From NCBI GenBank assembly GCA_965218295.1, contig CBDCKN010000013.1:96001-160000 (forward strand): DNA of 64,000 nucleotides, written 5' to 3'. The notes under the pieces are model-generated. The model ran no database searches. It was given only the letters and a program-made list of their open reading frames with translations, and was not told the origin of the DNA. A program made the translations under genes and the position numbers. Positions within the stretch are counted from its first letter, which is position 1. The number at the start of each line of letters is the position of its first letter. The stretch is from Longimicrobiales bacterium (GTDB lineage: Bacteria > Gemmatimonadota > Gemmatimonadetes > Longimicrobiales > Gaopeijiaceae). This document shows positions 9,769-19,846 of this stretch, one piece after another.

Positions 9769-12132
9769 ATGACCGAACGGACCCAGCACCGTCCCTTCCC
9801 CAACCAAACACCGAGCGGACCCAGCCGAAACTTGAGCGACAGATCGGAGCATAACGGCACCCCTCCGGGGTCGACCCCCGCACCCCGGGACGGGGATCCG
9901 ACCATCACACCCGAGCTCGTCGAAGAGCACGGACTCTCCCCCTCGGAGTACGAGCGCATCGTGAAGATCCTGGGGCGAGAGCCCACTTTCACGGAGCTGG
10001 GCGTGTTCAGCGCCATGTGGTCCGAGCACTGCGGATACAAGAACTCCAAGCGGCTCCTGCGTCTCCTTCCCACGGAAGCCCCGTGGGTGATCCAGGGCCC
10101 CGGCGAGAACGCGGGCGTCATCGACGTGGGCGACGGATTGGCTCTGGCCTTCAAGATCGAGTCCCACAACCATCCGTCCGCCGTCGAGCCCTACCAGGGT
10201 GCGGCCACCGGGGTCGGCGGCATCCTGAGGGACGTCTTCACCATGGGTGCCCGACCCATCGCCGTCCTGGACTCGCTTCACTTCGGCAATCTCGACAGCG
10301 GACGGGTCCGGTACCTCTTCTCCGGCGTCGTGAAGGGGATCGGGGACTACGGCAACTGTGTCGGGATCCCAAACATCGGTGGAGAGGTCTTCTTCGACGA
10401 GGGCTACGAGGCCAATCCCATCGTGAACGCCATGTGCCTCGGGCTCATGAAGACGGAGGACCTCATCAAGGGCGAGGCCGAGGGCGTGGGCAACCCGCTC
10501 ATGACCGTCGGGGCGAGGACGGGCCGTGACGGGATCCATGGAGCGACGTTCGCCTCGGAGGAGCTGAGCGAAGACTCCCAGGCCAGTCGCCCACAGGTCC
10601 AGGTGGGCGACCCCTTCACCGAGAAGCTGCTCCTGGAAGCGAGCCTGGAGCTCATCCAGAGCGGCCACATCACCGGCATCCAGGACATGGGCGCCGCAGG
10701 CATCACGTCGAGCGCCTCGGAGATGGCTGGACGCTCGGGGAACGGTGTGGAGATCGACATGGACCGCGTGCCCGTGCGGGAGCCGGGCATGACACCCTAC
10801 GAGATCCTCCTCTCCGAGTCGCAGGAGCGCATGCTGGTCGTGGCCAAGGCCGGGCAGGAAGACGCCGTGAGGGAGATCCTGAACAAGTGGGAGCTCGAGG
10901 CCGAGGAGATCGGAAGGGTCACCGACGACGGGCTCTTCCGCGTGATGGAGGGAGGCCGGGTCGTGGCCGAGATTCCTTCCCTCCCCCTCACGGAGGGGTG
11001 CCCCACCTACGAGCCGGAGAGCATCGAGTCCGAAGAGGTGAAGGAGCTTCGCCGCATGGACCTGTCGCGCTTCGCCGAAGCCGATTCGGACCAGACGGCG
11101 GCGTTCCTGAAGCTCATGGCGTCGCCCAACATCGCGTCGAAGCGCTGGGTGTACCGCCAGTACGACACGACGGTCCGGACGGGCACCGCCATTCGACCTG
11201 GCGCAGACGCCGGTGTGGTGCGCCTGCGGGGCACGCGGAAGGCCGTCGCGGCCACGACGGATTGCAATGGACGCTACGTCTACCTGAATCCTCGTGTAGG
11301 CGCCATGGCGGCCGTGGCCGAGGCGGCACGGAACCTGGTGTGCGTCGGCGCGCTGCCCACGGCGGTGACCAACAACCTGAACTTCGGGAACCCTCTGAAG
11401 CCTCACATCTACCACCAGTTCCGCGAAGCGGTGCTGGGCATGGCCGATGCCTGCAAGCTCTTCGAGACTCCCGTGACGGGAGGCAACGTCTCCTTCTACA
11501 ACGAGACCGACGGAGTCGCCATCTACCCGACCCCGGTCATCGGCATGGTCGGCATCGTGGAGGATGTCGCCCACCTCACGCGTCCCGCATTCGAAGAGGA
11601 AGGCGACGCCATCATCCTTCTGGGTGACAACACCGAGGAGCTGGGCGCGTCGGAGTATCTCTACGTCATGGAGAAGCTGGTGGCCGGCGAGCCGCCGTCG
11701 GTGGACCTCCTGGCGGAGCGCCGGCTCCAGCACGCTGTGCTGGCCATGATCCAGAAGGGTCTCCTGCGCTCGGCCCACGACCTGTCCGAGGGCGGGCTTG
11801 CCTGCGCCCTGGCCGAGAGCGCCCTCGGACGGGGCGGTTCGCCCATGGGCGTCCACGTCACCCTCCACGACTCCCTCTCCCCCTTGCCCCTCCTGTTCGG
11901 AGAGGCCCAGGGCCGGATCGTGGTGTCGTGCGACGCCCCCTCGGTGGACGACGCCCTAGGCCTTGCGAAGAAGCACGGAGTGCCCTGCCGGCAGATCGGA
12001 CAGGTGGTGGCGGCGGACGAGGGCTTCCGGGTGGAAGGCAGAAGCGTGACGTTGGAGGTCGACGTGGAGACCCTCTCGGAACTATTCTTCGGTGCGATCC
12101 CTCGTTTGATGGATGGAGCTAGCCAGACGTGA
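9769..12132 (+). CDS. purL: FGAM synthase subunit PurL
   Basis: [40 protein letters not shown]; about 40-aa low-complexity N-terminal extension. Confidence 0.97.
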   Translation: MTERTQHRPFPNQTPSGPSRNLSDRSEHNGTPPGSTPAPRDGDPTITPELVEEHGLSPSEYERIVKILGREPTFTELGVFSAMWSEHCGYKNSKRLLRLLPTEAPWVIQGPGENAGVIDVGDGLALAFKIESHNHPSAVEPYQGAATGVGGILRDVFTMGARPIAVLDSLHFGNLDSGRVRYLFSGVVKGIGDYGNCVGIPNIGGEVFFDEGYEANPIVNAMCLGLMKTEDLIKGEAEGVGNPLMTVGARTGRDGIHGATFASEELSEDSQASRPQVQVGDPFTEKLLLEASLELIQSGHITGIQDMGAAGITSSASEMAGRSGNGVEIDMDRVPVREPGMTPYEILLSESQERMLVVAKAGQEDAVREILNKWELEAEEIGRVTDDGLFRVMEGGRVVAEIPSLPLTEGCPTYEPESIESEEVKELRRMDLSRFAEADSDQTAAFLKLMASPNIASKRWVYRQYDTTVRTGTAIRPGADAGVVRLRGTRKAVAATTDCNGRYVYLNPRVGAMAAVAEAARNLVCVGALPTAVTNNLNFGNPLKPHIYHQFREAVLGMADACKLFETPVTGGNVSFYNETDGVAIYPTPVIGMVGIVEDVAHLTRPAFEEEGDAIILLGDNTEELGASEYLYVMEKLVAGEPPSVDLLAERRLQHAVLAMIQKGLLRSAHDLSEGGLACALAESALGRGGSPMGVHVTLHDSLSPLPLLFGEAQGRIVVSCDAPSVDDALGLAKKHGVPCRQIGQVVAADEGFRVEGRSVTLEVDVETLSELFFGAIPRLMDGASQT

Positions 12133-13592
12133 CCGCAAAGCCACTCCCCGTCGTGGGTAGGCCTGTCGACATCGTAGCGTCTCACCTCGACGAGGGGCCC
12201 CGTGAGGAGTGCGGGGTGGTGGGCATCAGCGGGATCGAAGGCGCCGCGGAGCTGGCGTTCCTGGCGCTCTATGCGCTCCAGCATCGTGGTCAGGAGTCCG
12301 CGGGCATCTGTGCCATCTCCGACGGAGAGGCCCGTGTCTACAAGGACGTGGGGCTCGTGGGCGACGTTTTCGACGCCGAGTCCCTCATCAAGCTTCCGGG
12401 TCATACGGCGATCGGACACGTCCGCTACTCCACCGCCGGGGGCAGCAGGGCGCTGAACGCCCAGCCTATCGTGGTCCGGTACGCAGAGGGCGATCTGGGC
12501 GTCTCCCACAACGGCAACCTGACCAACGCCCACGACCTGAAGAGCCGGCTCGTCAGCGAGGGCGCCATCTTCCAGACCACGTCGGACTCGGAAGTCATCG
12601 TCCATCTAATCGCGCGCTCCCGACACGACAACGTCGACGCCCAGGTCGACGACGCCCTCAGCCATCTGGAAGGTGCCTTCTCCCTGGCCATCACGGTGGG
12701 GGACACCCTGTATGCCATTCGGGACCCCCGGGGTTACCGCCCGCTGGTCCTGGGCAAGCTCGACGGTGGGCACGTGGTCGTCAGTGAGACGTGCGCCCTG
12801 GACATTCTCGGAGCCGAATACGTGAGGGACGTGGATCCGGGAGAGGTGCTCAAGATCGAGGGCGAGTCGGTTCGGAGCCTCCGCAGCCTTTCGCCGGCCC
12901 AGGAGAAGGCTCCGTGCATCTTCGAGCTCGTCTACTTCGCCCGACCCGACTCGCGTCTATGGACGATCTCCGTGGACCGCGCCCGCCGGGGTTTCGGGCG
13001 GCAACTGGCCGAAGAGCACCCGGTGGATGCCGACGCGGTCATCGCCGTGCCGGACAGCGCGAACTCGGCGGCCCTGGGCTATAGCGAGGCCAGTGGAATC
13101 CCGTACGAGCTGGGGCTCCTCCGCAACCACTACGTGGGTCGTACGTTCATCAAGCCCTCCCAGGCGGACCGCGACTTCGGCGCACGCATGAAGTACAACC
13201 CTGTCCGCGAGGTGCTCGAGGGCCGGCGGGTCGTCGTGGTGGATGACTCCCTGGTCCGGGGCACGACGAGCAAGAGCCTGGTGAAGTTCATCCGCCAGGC
13301 CGGTGCCGCAGAGGTCCACCTCCGCATCGGCAGCCCTCCCGTGCGCTTCCCCTGCTTCTACGGGATCGACATGCCGAGCCACGAGGAGCTCATCGGCTCG
13401 CAGTTGAGCCCGAGCGAGATCGCCGAGACGCTGGGAGCGGATTCCCTGGGTTATCTGTCGCTGGAGGGAATGCTGTCGGTCGTGGCCGAGCACGGATCGT
13501 TCTGCGACGCCTGCTTCTCCGGCAACTACGCAGCGCCGCTGGTGGACGTGGACAAGGGCTACGTACCCGGCAACCACCCAATCAACTGCTAG
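12129..13592 (+). CDS. purF: Amidophosphoribosyltransferase
   Basis: [42 protein letters not shown]. Confidence 0.97.
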   Translation: MTAKPLPVVGRPVDIVASHLDEGPREECGVVGISGIEGAAELAFLALYALQHRGQESAGICAISDGEARVYKDVGLVGDVFDAESLIKLPGHTAIGHVRYSTAGGSRALNAQPIVVRYAEGDLGVSHNGNLTNAHDLKSRLVSEGAIFQTTSDSEVIVHLIARSRHDNVDAQVDDALSHLEGAFSLAITVGDTLYAIRDPRGYRPLVLGKLDGGHVVVSETCALDILGAEYVRDVDPGEVLKIEGESVRSLRSLSPAQEKAPCIFELVYFARPDSRLWTISVDRARRGFGRQLAEEHPVDADAVIAVPDSANSAALGYSEASGIPYELGLLRNHYVGRTFIKPSQADRDFGARMKYNPVREVLEGRRVVVVDDSLVRGTTSKSLVKFIRQAGAAEVHLRIGSPPVRFPCFYGIDMPSHEELIGSQLSPSEIAETLGADSLGYLSLEGMLSVVAEHGSFCDACFSGNYAAPLVDVDKGYVPGNHPINC

Positions 13593-13628
13593 TGTCCCGT
13601 CACCGATGATCGATCGGTATTGGTGCCG

Positions 13629-13815
13629 GTGAAGGTCACCCGGGAGCTCCTGGAGCGGCTTCCCAAGACCGAGCTCCACGTGCACCTCGACGGCAGCCTC
13701 CGTCCCGAGACCCTCATCGAGCTCGGTGAGCTGTCTGGGAAGGACCTACCCAGCACCGACCCCGCGGAGCATGGCTGAGACCATGCTGGCCGAGGATACC
13801 CGCAATCTCGAGTGA
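13629..13815 (+). pseudogene. add: Adenosine deaminase N-terminal remnant (frameshifted, truncated)
   Basis: GTG 13629 translates [32 protein letters not shown]...AEHG* (stop 13776-13778); a shifted frame continues [14 protein letters not shown] to 13815. LPKxELHxHLDGS is the adenosine deaminase signature. Not in the ORF track. Confidence 0.8.
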
Positions 13816-13923
13816 GCGCAAGAATCCGAGGTGGCGGAAGAGCAAGGATGATATCGTCCAGTGTTTATGCGGGTTTTCGACCGTCCGAATACCGTCCTGC
13901 AAACCTCAGAAACCCGAGAACCC

Positions 13924-14940
13924 TCAGATTTCTGAGGTCTCCGCCAAAAAGCGCTCCGCCATGGCCACGATCTCGCTGGATCCGATGTAGAGCGGGGTCC
14001 TCTGGTGGAGCGTCTCCGGAGTGAGGTCCAGGATGCGATTCTGGCCGTCCGAAGCCCTTCCGCCGGCCTGCTCGCAGATCATTCCCATGGGCGCCGCTTC
14101 GTACAGGAGCCGCAGTTTCCCCTGCGGGCCCTTGGTGTCGGCCGGGTACATGAAGATTCCACCCTTGAGGAGCGTGCGGTGGAAGTCGGCCACCAACGAA
14201 CCGATGTACCGGGAGCTGAAGGAGGCCGAGCTTTCCCCGTCGAGGCCCTTCAGGTGCTGCATGAGGCGCTGCTGCCTCTTGGACCAGCGTGGATAGTACG
14301 CCTCGTTAATGGAGTACGTCAGGCTGGGCGGGACCGGGATCATGATGTTCCGGTGGCTCAAGAGGAACTCGCCGATGGACGGGTCGAGGGTGAAGCCGTG
14401 GACTCCGTTGCCGCTGGTGTAGACCAGCATGGTGGACGAGCCGTATAGGACATATCCCGCCGCGAGTTGTCGGCATCCGGCCTGAAGACAGTCATCGAGC
14501 GTGCCGTCCTCGCCCCCGGAGATCTTCTTGTGGACCGAGAAGATGGTGCCGATGGAGACGTTGACGTCGATGTTCGAAGAGCCGTCCAGCGGATCGAAGA
14601 TCAGGACATAGTCGCCCTTGGGAAACTCGGCGGGGATGGGGAGGATGTCCTCGGACTCCTCGGAGACCATGCAGCAGAGCGTCCCCGTATGGTCCACGGC
14701 CGTGTAGATCACGTCCTGGGCGTAGAGATCGAGCTTCTGGACGCGCTCCCCCTGGACGTTGGTCGTGCCCGTGCCACCGAGAATGTCCACGATGCCGGCC
14801 TTGTTCACCTCTCTCGAGATGATCTTCGCCGCCAGCGTGAGCGAGTGGAGGACGTTGCTGAAGGCTCCGGTAGCCTCTGGATGGCTCCGTTCCTCTTCGA
14901 TGATGTGTCGCTCGAGTGTGACGACGCTGTTTCCCGGCAT
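13924..14940 (-). CDS. fbp: Fructose-1,6-bisphosphatase class 1
   Basis: VQKLD, SEE, FDPLDGSSNIDVN.S.GTIF, RYIGSLVADFHR, KLRLLYE. Confidence 0.97.
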   Translation of the reverse strand: MPGNSVVTLERHIIEEERSHPEATGAFSNVLHSLTLAAKIISREVNKAGIVDILGGTGTTNVQGERVQKLDLYAQDVIYTAVDHTGTLCCMVSEESEDILPIPAEFPKGDYVLIFDPLDGSSNIDVNVSIGTIFSVHKKISGGEDGTLDDCLQAGCRQLAAGYVLYGSSTMLVYTSGNGVHGFTLDPSIGEFLLSHRNIMIPVPPSLTYSINEAYYPRWSKRQQRLMQHLKGLDGESSASFSSRYIGSLVADFHRTLLKGGIFMYPADTKGPQGKLRLLYEAAPMGMICEQAGGRASDGQNRILDLTPETLHQRTPLYIGSSEIVAMAERFLAETSEI

Positions 14941-15056
14941 GGCCTCACGGATCGAAGTCGGATCTGGACACTGCGTGAAGCCAAGATAACCGGGGCCTCG
15001 GTCTGGTCAACGACCGATGAGTGTGGCCTCCTGGGCTGGTATCGCCGCCCGAGCGC

Positions 15057-16670
15057 TCACGCATTCCGGAACATCTGGATCGCCAGGCCCAGGTCGAAGG
15101 ACTCACCTTGCCACAGGCTATTCGGTGTCCCGGGATCGATACCGAGCTCTATCCTCTCGTGCTTCCTTTCGAGAGCCCTGACCGGGTCCCCTGGCAGCCG
15201 CGGCGCCTGGGGAGCGTCGGGGAATGCCCGCCCGTCAGGCCAACGGAAGTGGACCCGGCCGTCGTTCGTGAGGGCCACCCCGAATCCCTCCTCATGCACC
15301 GCCCGGTGATGCACGCGGCACAAAAGCACGAGACCGTCCAGCCTGGTCTCTCCACCATCGAGCCAGTGTTCGATGTGATGGGCGTCGCAGAACCTGAGTC
15401 CACAGCCCGGGAAGCGGCATCCCTTGTCCCTGTGATCGAGCGCCCTCCGAATCGCGGGTGGGACCGTTCGCGTCTTCCTTCCGACATCGAGCACCGATCC
15501 ATCGGTGCCGTGAGTCATGACGACACGGCTTGCGTCGCATGCCAGACGCCTCGACGTTTCCGCGGAAACGCGAACACCGTCCTCCAGCTCGGATTCATAC
15601 GCCACGTAGCCGTCCACGGAGCCGTCCACGAGGGTCTCGGAATCAGCGAGCGCCTCAGCATCCACGTGAAGAACCACCTGAAAACGGTCTGCCCGGCAGA
15701 CCGTGGCAGTAGCCCGTCCGTCGCTGCGCTTGCCGTCGCCGCACTCGCCGGCGGCACACCCCCCACCCGCCTCCACCAAGCCGCCCTGCAGCGCCCGCTC
15801 AGCGAGGAATCCGATCGCGTCGGCCCGCCGCTGCCCCGGCGTGGTCTCCTCAGATGGGACCTCGCATGGGACTTCAGATGCGACCTCCACTGCCACGGAC
15901 TGTTCCACCGTGTCCGCCGCGGCCCCACGTTCGGTGATCTCGAGATCGCCCACGGGGTCATCCGCACCAGCCCTCCGGTAGAGCTCCTGCCCCGCCGCCT
16001 CGAGGGCCTTCGTCAACAGCGCGCCCACCTCGGGGTCCAGCCGTCCCCGGACAATGTACATGCCGTCCATATCGGGCCGGACGGTGAGGAAGCGCGACCG
16101 ATGCCGCTCCCGCTCCTCGTCTTGCTCCTCCAAGCGGTCTACCCGGCGCCACGTCCTCACGAGTGTTTCCACATGCGATGCCGTGGCGTGCTGAGCGAAG
16201 CCCATCAACTCCTCTTCGTTCTCCGCCGTGGCGACTCGCGTGAGAGCTCGGGCCTTCGAGTAGGAGAGCTCTGCCCTCCGCATCGCTGCGCTCAGCAGGG
16301 GTAGATGCTCCAAGGCCCGGGCCACCCTCACCTTCTCGCGGGCAGCTCCCAGGTCGATCCCGGTACGCCAGCTCAGCCAGTGGGCGCACGTTCGGAAGCC
16401 CGAGTGCCATCCTTCTCTCGCGTCGAACTCACGGATCAGCTCGAGGAGACGGTAGGTGCCCGCATCCAGGTGTGCGGCCAGCTCGGCGATCTCGTCGCCC
16501 AGGCGCTCGAGGTCCTGGGCCGGGGAAGGGCCGGCTACGACGGCGAGCGTGCGGCGGGAGTCGCTGGAAGGCACGACGGCGAGCGGGAGGCGGGAGTCGC
16601 TGGAAGGCACCACGGCGAGCGTGGGGCCGGCATCGTTGGGAGTGACGGCAGCGAGAGCGGGGGGGACCAT
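15057..16670 (-). CDS. DUF222 domain / HNH endonuclease protein (13E12-repeat-like)
   Basis: FDAREGW...CAHWLSWRTG...AREKVRVARAL, RRLACDA, RRALDHRDKGCRFPGC, DAHHIEHWLDGGET...LLCRVHH; AAAGGAG RBS before ATG 16670. Confidence 0.88.
   Translation of the reverse strand: MVPPALAAVTPNDAGPTLAVVPSSDSRLPLAVVPSSDSRRTLAVVAGPSPAQDLERLGDEIAELAAHLDAGTYRLLELIREFDAREGWHSGFRTCAHWLSWRTGIDLGAAREKVRVARALEHLPLLSAAMRRAELSYSKARALTRVATAENEEELMGFAQHATASHVETLVRTWRRVDRLEEQDEERERHRSRFLTVRPDMDGMYIVRGRLDPEVGALLTKALEAAGQELYRRAGADDPVGDLEITERGAAADTVEQSVAVEVASEVPCEVPSEETTPGQRRADAIGFLAERALQGGLVEAGGGCAAGECGDGKRSDGRATATVCRADRFQVVLHVDAEALADSETLVDGSVDGYVAYESELEDGVRVSAETSRRLACDASRVVMTHGTDGSVLDVGRKTRTVPPAIRRALDHRDKGCRFPGCGLRFCDAHHIEHWLDGGETRLDGLVLLCRVHHRAVHEEGFGVALTNDGRVHFRWPDGRAFPDAPQAPRLPGDPVRALERKHERIELGIDPGTPNSLWQGESFDLGLAIQMFRNA
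15555..15570. repeat. Perfect 16-bp palindrome CGTTTCCGCGGAAACG inside the DUF222-HNH gene
   Basis: Read directly from the sequence; encodes RVSAET. Confidence 0.9.
16541..16648. repeat. 36-bp in-frame tandem repeat (12-aa LAVVPSSDSRxx) in the DUF222 N-terminus
   Basis: Two near-identical units plus one degenerate unit. Confidence 0.85.
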
Positions 16671-16927
16671 GGGAAGCTCCTTTGACGGGATTTGCATGCG
16701 GCGATGGTTTGGATACCAGGAGTGTTCGGCGTGCCTGAAAGATAAGAGGGGGGGTTCTCGAGGCTCTGGTTGGCTTCTGGGCGGGTCTCGGAGGGGGTGG
16801 GGGACGCTGGGAGTGTCCCGGAGTCGAGGTCACCGGGCATACCGAAAGCCAGGTGTCGTCAGGTGCGTTCTACAGGGGGGTCTCGGATCTCGACGACCGT
16901 GAGGCTCAGAATCCGTCCATGCCTGTA

Positions 16928-16974
16928 TGGGACTACCTTGGATTGGACTACCTCTGGATTGGGACTACGTTGAT
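16928..16974. repeat. Three ~16-bp tandem repeats TGG(G)ACTACC/G..GAT
   Basis: tgggactaccttggat / tggactacctctggat / tgggactacgttgat. Confidence 0.8.
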
Positions 16975-17091
16975 CATCACGGGATGGGTCAGAAGGACGC
17001 GCGTCGAACCGATGGCTCCCGGCATGGAAGCCAGTAGCTCAGCACCCTGGCGGCCCCATTCCGTGGGGCCGAGCTCACGACTCGCTCCGCC

Positions 17092-19413
17092 TCACCACTG
17101 TGTATGAACCTCGTAGAGCCCTCCCCTCCGGGCCCGGACCCGAATGTGCCCTCTCTCGTCCGTCCGTAACACCCGGACGCCCGCGCCCCTGAGGCGCTCG
17201 ACTACCGTGGCGTGTGGATGCCCGTACCGGTTCCGGGCACCTACCGAGATCACTGCCAGCTCCGGCGATGATCTTGACAGCAGCTGGGGAGACGTGGAAG
17301 TGGTCGACCCGTGATGACCCACCTTGAGCACCTCTAGGGCGCCCGGAAGATCCGGCAGTAGCGCCTCCTCCACCTCGGTGGGCGCGTCTCCGGTAAGAAG
17401 CGCCTCGAAGGCCCCGTAGCGCACGAGGACCACCACGGACTGGGCGTTGGAGTCGCTCTTGCCACTAGGAGCAGTGGTGGGACCGTCGGGGTAGAGAACT
17501 TCGAGCCTGACGCCGTCGAGCTCCACAACAAAGCCCCGGCGAGCCTCGATCCACGGAATCCGGTTGGCCGTGGCCACCTCGAGGACATCCACGTACGCAT
17601 CCTTTCCCGCCGCCTGAGCCGGATCCATGATGAAGCGTGGATCGAACGCTTCTGCGATGACCTCTGCGCCACCGATGTGATCCAGGTCCGGATGGGTGAG
17701 GACGAGCGCTTCCAGTCGATCCACTCCCCGGCGGCGGAGGTAGGGAAGCACGACCCGGGCGCCCGCATCCCAGGAACGCCCCCTCGGGCCGGTATCCACG
17801 AGCACCCAACGACCCGCGGGGGAGCGGATGGCCACCGCGTCGCCTTGCCCTACGCTCAGGAAGACGATCTCGAGCGTTCCATGGCCCAGGCTCTTCTCCA
17901 CCAGAGGCGCGGCACCCGCCCCCACCGCCATGACCAGGATCACCACGACGCGCCTTACCCAGGGTCTCAATCGCCCCGGAGTCGCTCGCACCCACGCCGC
18001 ACCGAGGACTCCTCCAGCTACGCAACCGACGAGAGTCGCGTCTCCCACCCACACGGAGGCGCCGGGGAGAGATCCCATGGTTCCGGCGAGACCTTCGAGC
18101 CCCCGGAGCAGGACGTCCGTGCCGCTTGCCAAGAAGGCGGCCAGCGGCGGAAAGGCACGATAGACACTGAGGGTGGCCAGGAGACCCGGGATGGCCGCAG
18201 CGACCAGGGGGGTGGCCAGCAGGGTCGTGACGATGCCCACGACGGACACCCTCCCGAAGTGCCAGGCGACGAAGGGCAGCGTGAAGAGCGTCGCCGCCAC
18301 CCCGGCCGCCACGCCATTCCGGAGAGACCTCGGCGCCCGGCGAAGCCAGCCCACCCCCAGAGCCTTCCGCAGTGGAGGCGCGGCCGTCACGAGCCCGAGC
18401 GCGCCGGCGAACGAAAGCTGGAAGCCCGGCCGGCCAAGGGCGAAGGGATCCTGAAGTACGAGGATCAGGAGAGCGCTGGCGATCGCCCCGAGGGCACCGG
18501 CGGGCCGGGCCCGCAACCGGGACACCGAGATGAGCGTGAGGATCAGGGCGGCCCGCGAGGCCGCGTCGGGAAATCCGATGAAGGCCACATATAGCCACGT
18601 CACCAGCGTCGCCACGGCGGGCGCTAGTCTCGGCGGGACGCCCACGCCCCGAACCAGCAGGCTCACCACCAGTGCCACCACACCCACATGGAATCCGGAG
18701 ATCGCCAACAGGTGCGAAATCCCGGCCACAGCGAACGACTCCCGGACCTCGGGGTCCAGTCCCTCCTTCCGGGCGAGGATGAGGGCCGAAGCCACAGGCC
18801 AGGTGTCGGGAAAGAGCTATCGGATCCAGGTCTCGACCCGGCCGCGGAGGCGGGCACGGGCACGAGCTGCCCGAAGGCCGAGGGGCTCCACACCGGCCCG
18901 CACATCATCGAGAACGAGCACTCCGGCGAATTGAGGTCTGTGGGCCTCCCGCCGCGGCGAGCGCTGCCAGCGGGCCGTGGCCGTAACGGGCTGCCCCGCC
19001 CCTAGCTGCGTCGAGTTCGGTGGCCGCCAGAGAACGCGCACCTCTCCGTGGCACCCGAGCCCGTCCACGAGGCGAAAGGGACGAGCTCCCGGCCCGGGCA
19101 CCGTCTCGAACCACCCCGACACCAGACCCCGGGCGCCTTCGGGCAGGTGGAGTCGACAGTCACCCTCGGCCGTTTGGCGCCGGGCGTGGGTCAGGGCGGC
19201 TCCGGCCAGGACCGCCACTGCCACTGCCAAGTGGATCCGCCCCGCACGCCGTGAAGACTCCGCACGCGCCGAGCGAAGGAATGGCAGAACGAGTAAGGCG
19301 AGAGGAGTGAGGGAAGGGACGTGTGAGAGAGGGGAGGCGAAGACCGTGACGGCGGCGCATCCGGCGATGAAGGCCAGGGCGAGCAGTGCCACGGGGGGCA
19401 GCCGGGGTCTCAT
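17092..19413 (-). pseudogene. comEC: ComEC/Rec2 DNA-uptake channel interrupted by one in-frame TAG at 18817-18819
   Basis: The 198-aa and 567-aa ORFs are in one frame (..ETWIR*LFPDTWPVASAL..); GISHLLAISGFHVG, GFQLSF, SVGQGDA, THPDLDHIGG and KVGHHGS motifs. Confidence 0.85.
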
Positions 19414-19452
19414 GGAGGGCCGTGGAGACGCCGGAGAGCATCCGGATTCAGG

Positions 19453-19785
19453 CTAGAACACCTCCTCCTCCTCTTCCCCCACAGGGGGCTCGGTGGCAAA
19501 GAGCTCCTGCTGGGTGCGATCGATGAGGGCACGCTCGTCCCGGTCTTCCGTCTTCAGTCGCTGGCGCAGGATCGCCCGCACCTTCAGGTCGCTCTGCACA
19601 CCGGCGATTAGCATGACCACCATTCCGGTGAACAGGCCGCCGAATGCCACCATGGTCACGGGCACCCGGTTCAGGACGACGATCCCCAGATCCACCGTGA
19701 CGCGTTGACCACCGTTCAACGCGGTGAAGACCATGGCAACGACCAGCACCGCCAAAACACCCAGGGGCCCGGCGATGCGACTCAT
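19453..19785 (-). CDS. LapA-family (DUF1049-like) small membrane protein
   Basis: TM helix, N-x-Q-x-V-x-V, second TM helix, charged tail. Confidence 0.6.
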   Translation of the reverse strand: MSRIAGPLGVLAVLVVAMVFTALNGGQRVTVDLGIVVLNRVPVTMVAFGGLFTGMVVMLIAGVQSDLKVRAILRQRLKTEDRDERALIDRTQQELFATEPPVGEEEEEVF

Positions 19786-19846
19786 GGGCGACGTGGTCCA
19801 CGTGGTCCGCGGGGATGCCTCACGGGCGTGACAGCCACGTCCCGGC

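Noticed and set aside
9196..11868. 890-aa minus-strand ORF and similar long ORFs (39274-41718, 32699-34798, 22583-24334, 15021-16304)
   Set aside because: Antisense or shadow frames of well-supported genes; expected in high-GC DNA and without recognisable motifs
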